Origin: Chiloscyllium plagiosum
Taxonomy: Eukaryota
NCBI RefSeq assembly: GCF_004010195.1
Contig: NC_057755.1
Span: forward strand, 536,399-600,398
Direction of reading: 5' to 3'
DNA: 64,000 nt
Positions 63,436 to 64,000 of this stretch are shown here, in pieces; the first letter of the stretch is position 1; every line of letters starts with the position of its first letter. The translations under genes and the position numbers were made by a program. The notes under the pieces are model-generated. The model saw nothing but the letters and a program-made list of their open reading frames with translations. It searched no databases and was not told the origin of the DNA.

Positions 63436-64000
63436 AAACAGTCCCTGATGAGGCCTTCAGTCCTCGAGGTCAGTTATTTATATTAGTGAGGAGGAGTTAC
63501 GTCAACCAGAGAGTGTGAAATTATGGATCACATTGCCAGAGATGGCAGTGAGTAGCTAGTGATTCCGTTTATTTAAGTCAGAGATAGGAAATGTTCTGGA
63601 TTAATAAGGGAGTAATCGGTTACAGGGAAAGGACTTGAGAATAGGGTGATGGTCGAATGGTGGTTAAGACTTGAAGGGCCGAATGATCTAATTCTGCTTC
63701 CACATTCTCTGGTTTTCAGGCTGCAAATTTCCAACAGGCAGAAAAAGAATTACAGATAGAGAAAAGAGGGAGGCTGCAAGGATTGGAAGGAGAGATTGTG
63801 AATGAAGGAAGATTGAAGGAGGCAGCAAGGGATGGAGAAAAGGAGAGAAGAATGTGATGGAAACCAGGAAACAGAACCATTGGAAAACAGTGAGGCAATT
63901 AACTCCATGATTTTTTCCGTTTGTAAGGTTGTATTTCTCCCATAGGATCAGCATGGATTTTGGTTGGAGAACGCAAGTCATTCTGATCAGTAATGGAACA

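Overview
Repeat-rich cartilaginous-fish (shark) genomic DNA. The HE1-type V-SINE and HER1/CR1 LINEs point to an elasmobranch, possibly a bamboo or epaulette shark (inference). The only intact host gene I can support is a two-exon class A GPCR of the GPR139/142-like type (minus strand; exon 1 31048-30982, exon 2 29486-28630; 307 aa). It lies in a local birth-and-death cluster with two pseudogenised paralogs and an orphan intron of a probable fourth copy. One pseudogene is split by a young, near full-length class I (HERV-I-like) endogenous retrovirus (42385-50082, 4-bp TSD CACA, gag-pro-pol-env all decayed). The rest is CR1 LINEs, Gmr1-type gypsy elements (integrase upstream of RT), Penelope-like elements, a second older ERV remnant, a Tx1/L1 fragment, a SINE and simple repeats. 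At least six minimal hammerhead-ribozyme-like motifs occur in Penelope termini and in short derived elements. There are three N gaps. All calls come from reading the sequence by eye, with no database searches.
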